Shown: positions 38,384 to 51,123, counted from the first letter of the whole stretch. The stretch is 63,822 nucleotides of DNA, filler included, from Octopus bimaculoides (GCF_001194135.2; 9 parts of 8 records of this genome joined end to end with filler, not necessarily neighbours in it), one strand, 5' to 3'. The notes: a model not told the origin generated them from the sequence alone. Made by a program: numbers and translations.

Positions 38384-40194
38384 AGAGAGAAAGTTGTGAG
38401 TGTGTATGAATGCGTATATGCTTAAAATTTACGTGGGACAAAATTACTCATCTCTATAGCTGATTTCACATTACAATTATTGGAATGGCGAAATACGTGT
38501 AAGTTTTCGTTATAATGTCTACTTAGAAATTTCAAGTATGGAATAACGCTTTCGTACAATTTTCTGTTTCACCTACCCGTTTATATCGATATACAGAAAA
38601 ATCTCGTATCTGATTTCATGTACGTTTACTTTTAAGATTGACTTAAATTATTAGTCTCGTATTGTTCATTATATCATAGACACTAATGAGATCATAAGGA
38701 AGAAAACACCGTAAATAACCCCTAATCTTACTATGGTTTGGCTAGTATAGTTTTTAATGGTATACAATATTTTTTTTTCGGAAGTAATGATAATTACCAA
38801 TATTCTATGATATTTCGAATGTATATAATATCTTATATGTTATTCTGACTAAATAATGTACGAGACCGGAAGATAAACTGAACCATACGATTTTATTGCT
38901 CTCCTGGATAAACTCAAATTGCTACATAAGCAATCGTGGTTTAAATATTTATCTCTGAGACATTTAACGAGTGGTATCTATAGTGGAATCATATTATAAT
39001 AATTATGTCTCGTAACTATTCCTCATAGTAATTTGTCATATTATTTTCTGAATTTATTTTTATTTATTTATTTGCTTATTCATTTCAATACTTCGAAACC
39101 GTGAGGCAATACAAATCACAGTGAAACTGTGAAACTAGATACTTTCCTTGTGCTAGATACTTCCTCTCTAGATTTATCAGCTCAAATATATCGATATCGA
39201 CATCATTTTCATCGAAAGTAAACAAAATAATTACCGAGAAATCCCCTTCATTCCAACTCTATGACTGGTGTCTTAATACCAATAATCGTTTTTCATTTTC
39301 AAATTTATATTTCTTATGTGGGTTAATTCCAGTTTATGTTACCCACCTTCTGTTCCACCCACGCAATATAACATCTTGCTCCACTTCTTTGTCTCACTCC
39401 CTCTTGTTATATCTCTCACCCTCTGTCTGTTGATCTGACTATCTCTATCTTCCTTTCTTCCTCACTCACTCACTCACTCTCTTGTTTTTTTAATTTCTTT
39501 CCCGAGGTGTTAGTTTCCAATTTATTTGCACTGCCTACTAAAAAGTTAATTCTGAAGTAGTCATAAAACATAAATAAGTTCCTATTATAATGGTATTCAT
39601 ACGTTGACAATTCATGGATCGTTCTTAATTCAGTTTTATCCCCTAGCAATTGTCGTTATAGGAAATTCACCTCTCATATTATAATCCATCAGGCGTGGAA
39701 TATATGATAATTTAAGTATTTCGAGAATGATATTACAATTTATATTCATGTATGCATCACGACTATTTTGTCATGACATTAACTCTTATCACTTTCGAAT
39801 AAATTGCCATATCATGAGATGTTAAGTGCTAGCAAATAGGGTTTTATAACAAGGATGCTTCATAAAGGTTGTCACAGTATAAAACGAAGTGATATGCGAT
39901 GAACTTATCAAAGATCGAAAGTCCTATGCTGCATTGTATGCGTACATGAGCAGATCGGCATTAGCCATTTTGTTAAAATGCAAAAGCTAATTAGGTATTA
40001 TGCTAAGAACATCACCATCTGTTAACGAGTATTTCAGAATTTTTTTACATTCACTTGAATTGGAGGTGACGAAGCAAAAAACATGATCTGGCAGAAATAA
40101 GTAACTGCATTAGCATAATGAATAAAATACAAGCACACACGCGCAAACACACACTCGCTCACACAGACACAGACACAGACAGACAGACAAACAG

Positions 40195-40225
<31 letters not shown>

Positions 40226-40538
40226 TACACACACACACACACACACACCCTCTCTCACGCACACACACAAGTAAATGAATGTGTAATTTGAATATATGCA
40301 GATACTTCAATCTGAATCTTTCGCAGTAATCCTTGCATCTATACTAAACAACAGAAAAATATTCCAGAGATGATGTATAAAAAACCAAACACCGATGCAG
40401 TCAGTCATTGATTGACATGAAAAGCTGTAGCAACTTCTTTTCTCGTTGTTGAACGGCAGACCTAAATGTCGCTTAGTAAAATCTGCCGATGATAATGCTG
40501 CTGCTGTTGCTGATGCTGCTGCTGATGATGATGAGGCG

Positions 40539-40940
40539 GAAACCGGATATTGTTGTGCGACCACCCGACCAGATATAGGAAACCGGATATTGTAGTGCGA
40601 TACACGAAACCGGATATTGTAGTGCGATCACCTGACTAGATATAGGAAACCAGACATTTTAGTGAAATCACCTGACCAGACATCGGAAACCGGATGTTGT
40701 TTTCGTGAATAAAAAAGAAAGAATATGCATGGTAATCGACATAGGATGCACCAGTGACAGCAGGATCAATGTGAAAGAAGAAGAAAAATAAACAACCATG
40801 ACGATTTGAAGTGGGAAATATGAAGGCTGTGGTCAATGGGGAGAGTAGACGTGATACCAATAGTAATGGGTGTATTAGCAAGTATAAGCATTCAACTACC
40901 AACATGGGTAAAAAAGACTAGAGCAAGTGTGAAGGTAGCA
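40539..40940 (+). mobile_element. R4/Dong LINE endonuclease fragment with a 40-bp tandem repeat at its 5' end
   Basis: HRKPDVVFVNKKERICMVIDIG and VDVIPIVMGVLASI match 57490-57780. Repeat units start at 40539, 40579, 40606, 40646 and 40686. Confidence 0.8.
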
Positions 40941-40944
40941 ACTA

Positions 40945-41180
40945 CTGATCGATTGTTGTTGTTATGCAGCATCTTTTGCAGAGACACTACGATGTTCATC
41001 CTGATTCCGGAAATGTTCTTGTACCTCTCTTGACCTTGTTGAGAATCACCCATAAAATATATTTGAAGGAATTTTGGTGATTCATTTGACAGAGGTAGTA
41101 GAGAGCCATTTTGATGATAAATCTGACCTTGTCCCCTGAACGTTTGCATGAATCCTGGCTCAGTTATATCATTCAAATAG
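40945..41180 (-). mobile_element. Helitron RepHel N-terminal fragment
   Basis: GFMQTFRGQGQIYHQNGSLLPLSNESPKFLQIYFMGD...LQKMLHNNN matches the conserved Helitron TF.+QGQ+YH..GSLLP....PKF.QIY motif. Confidence 0.85.
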
Positions 41181-41879
41181 TGGTGGGGGACAGAAATCTG
41201 TAGTTATGCCGACAAATTAGACACTTTCCTTCTAGGTATTGTTATATATGTAAACAGAAATACACGAGTGCAGAAGATAGTAAAGAAAGACAATAACTTG
41301 GTAACGGAAATCGTTTCTTAATACGACGGGCACAAATTATTAAAAAAAAACTTTTGGCGGAAAATAAAGTATTGTACGGGTTGAAGCGAAATTTGTCACT
41401 CAGTGAACGAAAGAGTGTGTATCGAAGGAACCGGAAAGAAACCGTCAACAACAGAAAAACCCAACCGTACAGATTCAACTGATATTTACGAAGATGCTTC
41501 TGTCAGTAAATTATGAAATTACGTGCATCAGTTATTGTGAACTTCTCTCTGTCTGTAATTTGCCGTTGTTTCTTTGTAAATAACGATCGAAAACTTAAGC
41601 ATACACTGAAAACAATAACATGGAAGTTAAACAATGGTGTATGAAAATTGGAAGTAGAAATAATAGCGTCTCAAAAATGAAAGTGAAAACAAGAGATATA
41701 GATAGACATATAGAAAGATATGTTGCATATATATANNNNNNNNNNNNNNNNNNNNNNNNNNNNNNNNNNNNNNNNNNNNTTAATTAATTAANNNNNNNNN
41801 NNNNNNNNNNNNNNNNNNNNNNNNNNNNNNNNNNNGTGTGTGTGTGTATACAAACATACATACATACATACATAAATTT

Positions 41880-42035
41880 TTTTCTCACTTTTCACTTGCC
41901 GATGCACACGCAAACCGTTTGTTCACACACACACACACATGTATATATATGTAACTCTATGCAAACCTAACACTAGAAAGGGATTAGCAATATTATCATC
42001 ATCTATCGACTGAAAATTAGCTGTATTTGCTCTGG
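41880..42035 (+). repeat. Direct repeat, copy 1 (copy 2 at 44115-44290)
   Basis: Both copies share TCACTTGCCG.TGCACACGCAAACCGTTTGTTCACACAC...TATGCAAACCTAACACTAGAAAGG.ATTA.CAATATTATCATC.TCTATCGAC. Confidence 0.85.
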
Positions 42036-42117
42036 AAAAATTACCTATATTTCGCATACCCCGGTCTAGTATCAGTCTCCTAAGCCTATCTGCAATCATG
42101 ACACCACTGTCTCCTAT

Positions 42118-42682
42118 TCAGTTATTCACCATGGTTCTGAGAGAAGGTTTCTGGTTCGGTTTATAGATGATGACTTGGCTGATTAACGATTCCGTATTTC
42201 TTTGACATAGTACGGTTAGTAAACTGCTGCTATGCTCTTGCTGTCTTGTTGGCCTAGTAAATGAAACCAGAGTTACATGTAGCCTTCTGCATCCACTCGA
42301 CTCCAATGGACATCCGAAGGATCCGATTGTAAAGATATTGAAGTACTGGTCATGAAGTAGTGAGGGTCCAATGTTCACAGACAAATGAAATTTTTCTCGA
42401 CTACTGTCATAAAGAAAGTCTTCTAGGGTTGTTCGGGTTGGTTACTGTCCGGATATTTTCCATATGATTTAGCGTTTTCCTGGAAAAGCCTCTTCGCCCC
42501 TTGATATACGTCTCTGATCCCTCAACCAGCGATCCGAAGTCAGAAACTCTCCTGAGTTGTGCAACGTCAACGCTGTTCAACAGAATATCTTCAATGCGAG
42601 TGAGTTGCTTGAGATCAGGTACATTATAGACATCGATTTCATTGTTCTTGATATTGAGATGAAAGCACTTGTTTTTTACTCC
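42118..42682 (-). other. Unassigned coding-like segment (candidate exon or pseudo-exon)
   Basis: Acceptor-like TTTCCTTTTTGCAG|G at about 42682, then an open frame of about 90 codons and an overlapping frame of about 100 codons one base off. The sequence is non-repetitive and richer in GC than its flanks. No recognised domain. Confidence 0.3.
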
Positions 42683-42818
42683 TGCAAAAAGGAAATGAGT
42701 ATCACTGAGTTGATCCAGTAGCAATTCAACGTGGCCTAAAAAGTCTAGCTTAATCATCGTTACCGAGTCCATTGTCCTGGATCTCCTTGGCAAGATTATA
42801 AATACGTATATAATACAT

Positions 42819-42849
<31 letters not shown>

Positions 42850-44114
42850 NNNNNNNNNNAAGAGTACTTTCAAATCCTGCAAAGTACCGATTTTCAAATT
42901 GAAGGTTATGAGAAGTGGGTGCAAAGTTAAAGAACGGTTCCGAGGGAATTAACAGACGTTTTTGCCAACTTGAATATCCTGACAAAAATCCAATGACCTG
43001 TCATTGACAAGTGAAATAATAATGCAATAAATACTTCCTTTAAATCATTAAAAGACTACGTTTTCCACAACACAAAATTTATTAACAATAAACCTTGTAC
43101 TCTTTTTTCATAGTATATTCTCAGCACTAGGTTCAATATTTTCTCCTTCACCACAACATATACTATACCGCCCACGCACTCTACATTTTTAACATAAATC
43201 ATTCTTCTCGCGTTGTATACAAATGCCATCAGTAACACTAAAATTACAACTTACCAGAGAATATAGTACCACTAATTTATCTACGAGCTAGTAAAAGCGA
43301 TCAAATCTGATTTATATTACACTATATTTAAGAGAAGAAAAAACATACACACTTTATAATATATAAACAGGCTGTATCTGAAAAGAGACTGAATTGTCAT
43401 GACAGGAACGCCGTTAAATTTGGTTCTGCTTAAAGAGGAATGATTTAGGTTTCACTTAAACAATTCTAACCACGAGGCATCTATGAAACCTCAGCTGACA
43501 TTATTACCTATTTGAATCACCTAAATTCATAACTTTTGTTCAAACACGTTATATAATTAGATAATTTCATCTGGGTTACACACTATTCTTGAAAAAGGAT
43601 ATTAACAACTTCAGTTCTTTTAACAATAAATATGTTCGATTAAGTCCGAAGTGACGCTAATCAACAATAATACAAACAACAAGAATGCAGTCGCTCATCT
43701 TATTATGACGTGAACACATTTCTTCTTATAGCACATAAGTTATTATCACATCTATACACTTTAACTTTTACTTGTCTCATTTCCATTCGCATCATTACAT
43801 TTTTCACAGTAAATACAAATTCTATTAGTAGGGTTTTTGAAATTCGCAACTATAGTGACAAATATGACCTGCGAATTTACTTTTCAGCTAAGTTTCTTTC
43901 CTTTGATTTTAGATGTCATAAGCTATTTGTGTATATCTCTGTCTACTTTTCTCTTTACGTATTCATGTATGTCACTCTGCCGCTAATCTCAGAAGGTACC
44001 TGCTGAGGAAACTTTTCTCATTAACACAGGAAGGCCATTAAACGGCTACAGTTACCCGCATAATATTCAGAATTATTCTATGTTGTATAAGTAAAATAGT
44101 ATTTCGTGCTAATG

Positions 44115-44290
44115 TTCTCACTTCTCACTTGCCGGTGCACACGCAAACCGTTTGTTCACACACACACATGCACACATACGTATTTCTACTCATACACACT
44201 CATGTGTATATGTATCTATATGCAAACCTAACACTAGAAAGGAATTACCAATATTATCATCGTCTATCGACAAATTCACTGCATTTATCC
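44115..44290 (+). repeat. Direct repeat, copy 2 (copy 1 at 41880-42035)
   Basis: See copy 1. The internal (CA)/(TA) linker differs in length. Confidence 0.85.
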
Positions 44291-45252
44291 GCAAAATATT
44301 CAGAATTATTCTATCATGCTAGTATGCATGAATTTACGATTCATGCGATAAGACTAAGTATTAGAATAACATTCTGATTATTGTTGTTTTTCTATTTGTA
44401 ACTCTAGTTACAAATAGAACGTTAGTGAATTATCTAGTGACTGTTACAATTCAATTCTTTTTGATTTAGTTTTGAATGGAGTCACATCACGATATGTTCT
44501 GATGCAATTAATGAGAACTTAATAAATATTAATAAATTATAACAAACAATATTTCATACTACAAATTATAAAAGAATATTAATATTAGAAAAAAAGGCCT
44601 CAGATACAGGATAAGAATCCAGCCAAAGATCTTTCGGGGGTTCAGTCTTCATTGAAATTACTACTCTTTCAAACTGCGTTATCTTGAACCGCCAACTTGA
44701 AAATGTTTCTCCTGTCAACAGATTCTATTATACGTTACTGTGAGCATAAGAAGCCAGAGTTTAGGAAAAAATATTAATGATAAAGTTTCTTTAGGCGACA
44801 GCTATTCGGCAGAGCAAATTGAAGAATCAATCATATTTTAATCTGGACAGTTTCATTGCAAATAAGAAGAGAAATATTCTTTCAGAATATCACCTGATTA
44901 AAGATAATTATTTTACTGTCAGCTTTAAAATTCAAATGATTATGTGTCAGCCAATAGCAAGTTGGTAGATCACTTTATGCTTCTTAATACAAGAATGAAA
45001 GCAATGCCTAGAACTGTGTATTTGTACATATATCAAATTATTTGTATGATTTGTTCCATTCGCTTTGTCATAAATATAATAATATTCTAAGACATTTAAT
45101 AAAGTATGTGGGGATATGACTGATTAAAAATTGACTGAATGAGAAATAAAATCACTAGCAGATATTTAAATATGAATACGGTAAATAATTTTAGCAATTT
45201 TAAGTTAGTAATTCATTTATTTGATAAACATTTCTTTTTATTTAATCGCATA

Positions 45253-45585
45253 AAGGCGGCGTGCTGGCAGATTCGTTGACACGGTGTAATCGATTGGTCC
45301 CCTTCCCCAGAATGTCAAGTCTCGTGTCTATTATAGAAAGGATTATTTGATATCATAAAAGCAGCGAGCTGGTAGATTCGTTAGCACGCCGGACAAAATA
45401 CTTAGCGGCATTTCGTCCGTCTTTACGCTCTGGGTTTAAATCCACCGCTGTGGACTTTGACTTCCATCCTTTCGTGATTGATAAAATAACGACTTACCCT
45501 GTTCAGGATTATCATTAGAAAGAAATTAATATCTAATCTCGTAAAGGCAGCCAGCTAGGAGAATCCTTAGCGCGTCGGACGTAAG
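45253..45585 (+). mobile_element. Three tandem truncated SINE family C heads
   Basis: AAAGGCGGCG.GCTGGCAGA.TCGTT.GC-like starts at about 45253, 45356 and 45542. Confidence 0.75.
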
Positions 45586-45811
45586 NNNNNNNNNNNNNNN
45601 NNNNNNNNNNNNNNNNNNNNNNNNNNNNNTTAATTAATTAANNNNNNNNNNNNNNNNNNNNNNNNNNNNNNNNNNNNNNNNNNNNGTGGTGGTGGTGGTG
45701 GTGGTGGTGGTGGTGGTGGCGGTGGCAGAAACGAATAGCAAAAGAAACAGCTGGAACCATGGTTGCAACAGCATGATGTTGAAGACTAGGAAAAAATATG
45801 AGATGAGGTAC

Positions 45812-45855
45812 ACCACTGCTAACCCTAACCCTAACCCTAACCCTAACCACTGCTA
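45812..45855 (-). repeat. Short interstitial telomeric repeat, (TTAGGG) x about 4, flanked by a 10-bp direct repeat
   Basis: ACCACTGCTA-ACCCTAACCCTAACCCTAACCCTA-ACCACTGCTA. Confidence 0.8.
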
Positions 45856-45889
45856 GCGCCACCATCATCAATGACAAGAAAGAAACAAT

Positions 45890-45894
45890 GACAG

Positions 45895-45936
<42 letters not shown>

Positions 45937-45989
45937 TGATGATGATGATGGCAATGATGAGGTGAGAGGGAAGAAGAAGGAGGATAATA

Positions 45990-46054
<65 letters not shown>

Positions 46055-46130
46055 GATGGTGATGATGATGCGAAGGAGGAAGAGGAGGAGGAGGAAGAGG
46101 AGGGAGAGGAGGAGGAGGAAGTGGAAGGGT
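45890..46130. repeat. Compound trinucleotide repeat (GAC/GAT/GAG)n
   Basis: Seen directly. It is the source of the poly-D/E and poly-S ORFs. Confidence 0.95.
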
Positions 46131-46438
46131 GTAAATTAGCCTTTATTTTAGATAATGAAGTAACTATTTTTTTATGCCAAGATTTATGGTTAAAAAGGGA
46201 AGAAAGAAAGAAAAATACAGAAAGAAAGGTTAAAGAATAGGACAAAAGAAAAGAGTTAAAAAAATGGAAAAAGATAGGGATAGAATGAATATTTTAAGGA
46301 ATCGAGAGAAAAGGAAATTTCGCGAAAACCGAAATTCGCTGGAAGAAATCCGTTTAATAATCCTTAATTAGAGGGGAAATGGTTACCTGTAATAGTTTTT
46401 ATTTTGTAGTAGGCATAGCAGATCCTTGCACAAGGATT

Positions 46439-46493
<55 letters not shown>

Positions 46494-47013
46494 CACACCA
46501 CAAACATGAACTCATAGCGAAATTCACTGACTTTTGGGGTGGAATTGAAAAAGTAATTTGTAATCAGTCAGAAGCAGATATGAATTTACACTTTTCACTT
46601 ATTCATAGATTTATTTATTTATTAATTCCTTGATACTGAGGCTAACTTTGGCAAGAAAGGTTAATACAGAGTGTTGTTTTTGTTTCTGCTTTCTTCTTAT
46701 CGTTTGAGTAGTGTATACAAAAGTCGTTTATACAAATATACAATAAATAATACATTTGATTTATTTATAAACTTAATAACGTATAAAAATGCGACACCTG
46801 GCATGCTTTTAGTTAATTTATTATCAAGTTTTAAAAATTCAAGGTTTTAAAAGCATACAAAACAAAACAAAACTGTAGTTCAATGGAACTCAATTGTATT
46901 TCCTAGTAGAATTCACTTCATTTTTGAAGAACTAAATCGCATTAACTTCAAAACGCGCTGTCCAATATACGTAATTTTTTCACAAATTGAAATTTGTTCC
47001 CAATATACATACA

Positions 47014-47063
<50 letters not shown>

Positions 47064-47072
47064 CGTGAGTGT

Positions 47073-47413
47073 GTGGATGTTGCGTTAGTACACACGAATA
47101 TTGCCATATTTACCGAGAGAGAAAACTCTCATATAGTTAAATAGTGCATACAAGCACATCTTAGCTATCGCCAGCGGCAGACAACCACTGCTGCTTCCAC
47201 CACTCGGGCTATCAGATCACGTAATTTCGGCCTGATGTGGCCTTTTCAGCGACTGAAAGTATCACGTAATCTGGTAGTCCGAGGGGCGGAAGCAGCGCTG
47301 ATTATCTGCCGCTGGTGATAGGTAAGAAGTGCTTTTATGCTCCATATAACTATATGAAGATTTTCTCTCTTGATTTATATTGCAGTATTTGTATGTTCTA
47401 ACGCAACATCCGC
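47073..47413. mobile_element. About 340-bp foldback/MITE-like element with about 145-bp inverted arms
   Basis: GGATGTTGCGTTAG...CTCGGGCTATCAGAT is the imperfect reverse complement of ATCTGGTAGTCCGAG...CTAACGCAACATCC, with a spacer of about 50 bp. Confidence 0.8.
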
Positions 47414-47482
47414 TTTTAAGTGGTGAATTTTTTACCTTTGGGTATTAGTACTGCCTATGTCGGTTTATGTATTATATATATA

Positions 47483-47535
<53 letters not shown>

Positions 47536-48719
47536 TGAATAACACAATAAAGTACAAGGTAGAGAAGAATATATATTTAAATCATGTAGTATTAATTTCA
47601 GTATCGAAGTAATTATGCATTCATGTTTGCACTAATAAGTATGCTCAGCATTATAAAATTGTATATTCATGAAAAGTATGTAAAAAGAGTGGTGATAAAA
47701 TTGGGTAGGGATAGGGTCGGTTTATAATGCTTTAATATTTAGCCATCGTTTCCAGTTCAAAATAATTTTTGTGTCAAAACGACATATGAAAATACTTGTA
47801 GATGAAAAGTGTAACCTAAAATTAACTAAAATGTTTTATTTACCCAAGACATTCTGGAAGCATTTCTCCATTCTATACTGCGGTCTGTATTTCTGTTTCC
47901 TTTTTTCTTTTTATATTTTTTCTATGTCTTGCTAACATTTATTCCAGTTTATTTGTATACATATAGATGCGTTGCTACTTTCGATTTGTACCTGTTTTAA
48001 GCGATACTTTTAGTACAACCAACTTAAAATAAATAAACTGTTTGTTTTTCCGTGCATGATATTACTTTCTCAAAATAGAGTTCTCATTCAACGAGTCTCT
48101 TGTTCTTAATAACAAGAATGAACATGCCTATAAAAAAGACTACGACATACATTAAAACTTTACATTTGCGAAGGAATCCCACTGTGACTTGATAGTGTAC
48201 ATCTTGTAATACAGAGATAAAATTTTCTTTAATCTCTATATACTCTCTTCATATCAGAATCAATCGGAGTTCATACATATGTGTATGTATGTACGTATGT
48301 ATGTATGTATGTATGTATGCATGTATGTATGCATGTATGTATGTATTTATGTATGCAAGCATGCATGTATGTGTACCGTATATATTGTAGAGTACGTTAA
48401 TTGATCAGTACTGTTTACATTACTATATAGGCTAACATACCTGCAACTGCCTTTTCTAAATATTAAGTTACAGTTTCAATGATCTGTGCTAAACGTTCAT
48501 GTGTTTAACTTAGCAGATCAGATACTGGTGTCTTAGCTCTTAGGTCTAGAACATGCGTGTTATTCTTTATACTGTAAAGTTATTTCTGAATTTTATAGCT
48601 TTAATGCGGATATTGATGCATAAATATAGCTAAATACTGATTAAGATCCATCTACATACCTAAATGTCCATAGTGATAGACACTATAAGAATATATCATT
48701 CATAGATATTAGAAATTAC

Positions 48720-49860
48720 ACAAAGGTGAAAAAAAATGCTTTTGAAATAAAGTGGTATTAAGAACGGCAGAAAATCTAGAATGACCTACAGGATATACTG
48801 CTTCTTTCAAACTAAAAGTGATCAATGCTGCTGAAAAGAAAACAAACAGTAGTGTCTCTGCTAGAGAGTTTCGAGTGGATGAGAGCGATGTGAAAAAGTG
48901 AAGTGAGCGAAAAAACAGGACTACGGCAAATGCCAAGAAGCAAGCAAAATTCAAGTGGGCCGGAAAGATTTTACGCAGATTGAGAAAATGATTTAGCTGA
49001 GTAGAAAGAACAAATAAAAGAAGAAATTGGTTAAAAATTTAAAATACTGTGTAAAAGAGACCTTTAAATTTTCTAGATGGTGCTATCGTTTTTGTTGTTG
49101 TTGTTGTTTTTTAAGAAGAATCCTCTAGCATAACATGAAAAGACTAAAATGTCTCAAAGGCTTCCATCAGATTGAGATGATGAGATAACAAAATTTCACA
49201 CCTTTATATTAAAGCAAATCGGAAACATGGATGATACACCTATGTATTTCGACATGCCAGGCAATAGAACTCTGGAAAATATTGGCAGAAAATCAGTGTA
49301 TTTAGAACCTCTAGCAATGTAAAGGCACTTTACTGTTTTGCTGTGTTGCTGGTAACGGAAATTTCCAAGCGGAAGACATTGCTGAAAACTTTGCAAGTTT
49401 CCCCAAGAGTGACAGCTCGATTTTATGTGAAAGAATAAATGGATGAAGCAGATGTATAACAACCAATATATGTGGTACTGAACAAACCATTCAAAGCTGA
49501 TGTGAAGAAACAAGAGGAAATTCCAAGTGGAAATTTGAGAAACAAGACTAGAATAGGCTTTGTTCTGACCTGGGTAAAAAGTGCTTTAACCATCCAAATT
49601 ATTATTAAAACAGGAATTACTAACATAGAAAGCACTCAAGATGATTAACTCTGGGTAGTTGACGATGACGAGGAGAAAGGCGTCCAATTCAGATGATAGT
49701 GGCTTATCTAATTGTATTCAGAGTGAGAAAATAGCCAAAGAAAAATGGCTACAGCTGTCTGGCAATTCTGAGAAATCAGACTTTAACGTGTTTGAATTTA
49801 TATTACTTTGTTTTATTTGAATTTGGAATAAATCAGCATGTTTTAATCGTTAATTTATTT
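48720..49860 (+). mobile_element. pogo/Tigger (POGK-like) transposase remnant
   Basis: GYTASFKLKVINAAEKKTNSSVSAREFRVDESDVKK (Brinker-type DBD) and QIGNMDDTPMYFDMPGNRTL (first DDE aspartate motif), with many frameshifts. Confidence 0.8.
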
Positions 49861-49949
49861 TATTTGGTGGTTGGGAGATAATTTTCCATTCGGAAAATTG
49901 CCCACTTGCAGGGCATAAATGAAGTTGAGAGACTTGTTGAAACTTTACG

Positions 49950-50680
49950 TCTGATGGAATTTTAAAAAAAACAGATCGAATTCTATGAATTTCTTTATCA
50001 GACCCTTCCTGAAAATGTTCATGGCTTGACCGTTCATATGGCTTGATATTGCAAGACCATCGTTACTATACAGGGCCGAAGTGAAGTCAGTATGCTTCCT
50101 TAGAGTATCCAAGATAAATAACTCGACGTGGTCAGCGATCTCGGTTCCGTCGCAACTACGTCGAACAGTGAGTCGTCTTATTTTGCACCCAGCAGGAATC
50201 ATCATGAACCAATATTGACTTTCTAGTATTCATAATGATTCTAACAACAAGGTTCCTAAAATAGATAAGTTGCTAGCCAAAATCTAAAGCCTTCAGGTGG
50301 AGGCCTTTTGATATTAAAAGGTAGAAATCTCCAATGTCAAACTGAGTGGATCTAAAGGTGCTTTATTTTCAATGCCTCGGAACCAATTGATTATTGCGGA
50401 GTTGCAATCCCATTGGAACAAACCATTCGCCCTTTTACTATCGGAGTTGATAATATCGAGAATTCGCTTGCTCAGTATGCCTGATTCGCTCTTAGTGGGC
50501 TCAATCCGCCTGTATTAAAGATTGGAAAGTAAGTTTGGTTTAGGATCCTTACGCATGATATAGGGGTGTGATCGTGTGGCGAGGCTGTCCATGCAATCCT
50601 CTATATTTAGAAGGGTGGGTAGCTCTTCTGCTTCAGTGTTTATGTCGTTGTATGTAGAGCCTTCAGTCGCTAATAGCTAA
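49950..50680 (-). mobile_element. Penelope-like RT fragment
   Basis: Decayed RLINPTKSE.GILSK.ILD.IN, NS..IINWF..I.NK, QFDIGDFY, DGTEIADHVELFILDTL and ALYSNDGLA (decayed GLYRDDGL). Confidence 0.8.
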
Positions 50681-50781
50681 TTGATAAACAGCCCACTGGT
50701 TTTTTGCGACATGCTAGCTGTTTGGCCAGTATTATTCTATCTCGGTTTCAATGATTTTCTGTCAGGCATTCAGCTGGGCCA

Positions 50782-50830
50782 GCCGACACTGATGATCCGC
50801 GATACGTTGAAATCACGTGATACAGTAGTG
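50782..50830 (+). ncRNA. Candidate minimal hammerhead motif upstream of, and opposite to, the Penelope RT fragment
   Basis: CTGATGA at 50789-50795, GAAA at 50809-50812, perfect palindrome ATCACGTGAT as stem III, then A. Stems I and II are weak. Confidence 0.4.
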
Positions 50831-51123
50831 CCATTCGCCTGTTTGGTGATGAATTTCATCAATTAATGATAGAATTTTCATCCTTTTAGGCATTTGTCAT
50901 CTCGATTAAATGATTTTTCGGAACACTTACAGTAGTCTAAGGCGTTCTAAACAACTGATCCAAATTAAGTACGCTAATTGATAGTTAATATTTTTGCTGA
51001 GAACTCCACAGTTATAATTCATATGATGAACCAGAATAAAAAATATCATTTCCTATTTCTGTACATCTGCAATTGTGTATCGATATAAGTTCTTACTACT
51101 AGCATGTACATATATATATATAC

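Noticed and set aside
40539-40705. Repeat array with CRISPR-like periodicity
   Set aside because: There are no unique spacers, the units derive from the adjacent R4 LINE coding sequence, and the context is eukaryotic with no cas genes.
45962-46240. Acidic poly-D/poly-E ORF
   Set aside because: It is a compound (GAT)n/(GAG)n microsatellite with no flanking coding signal.
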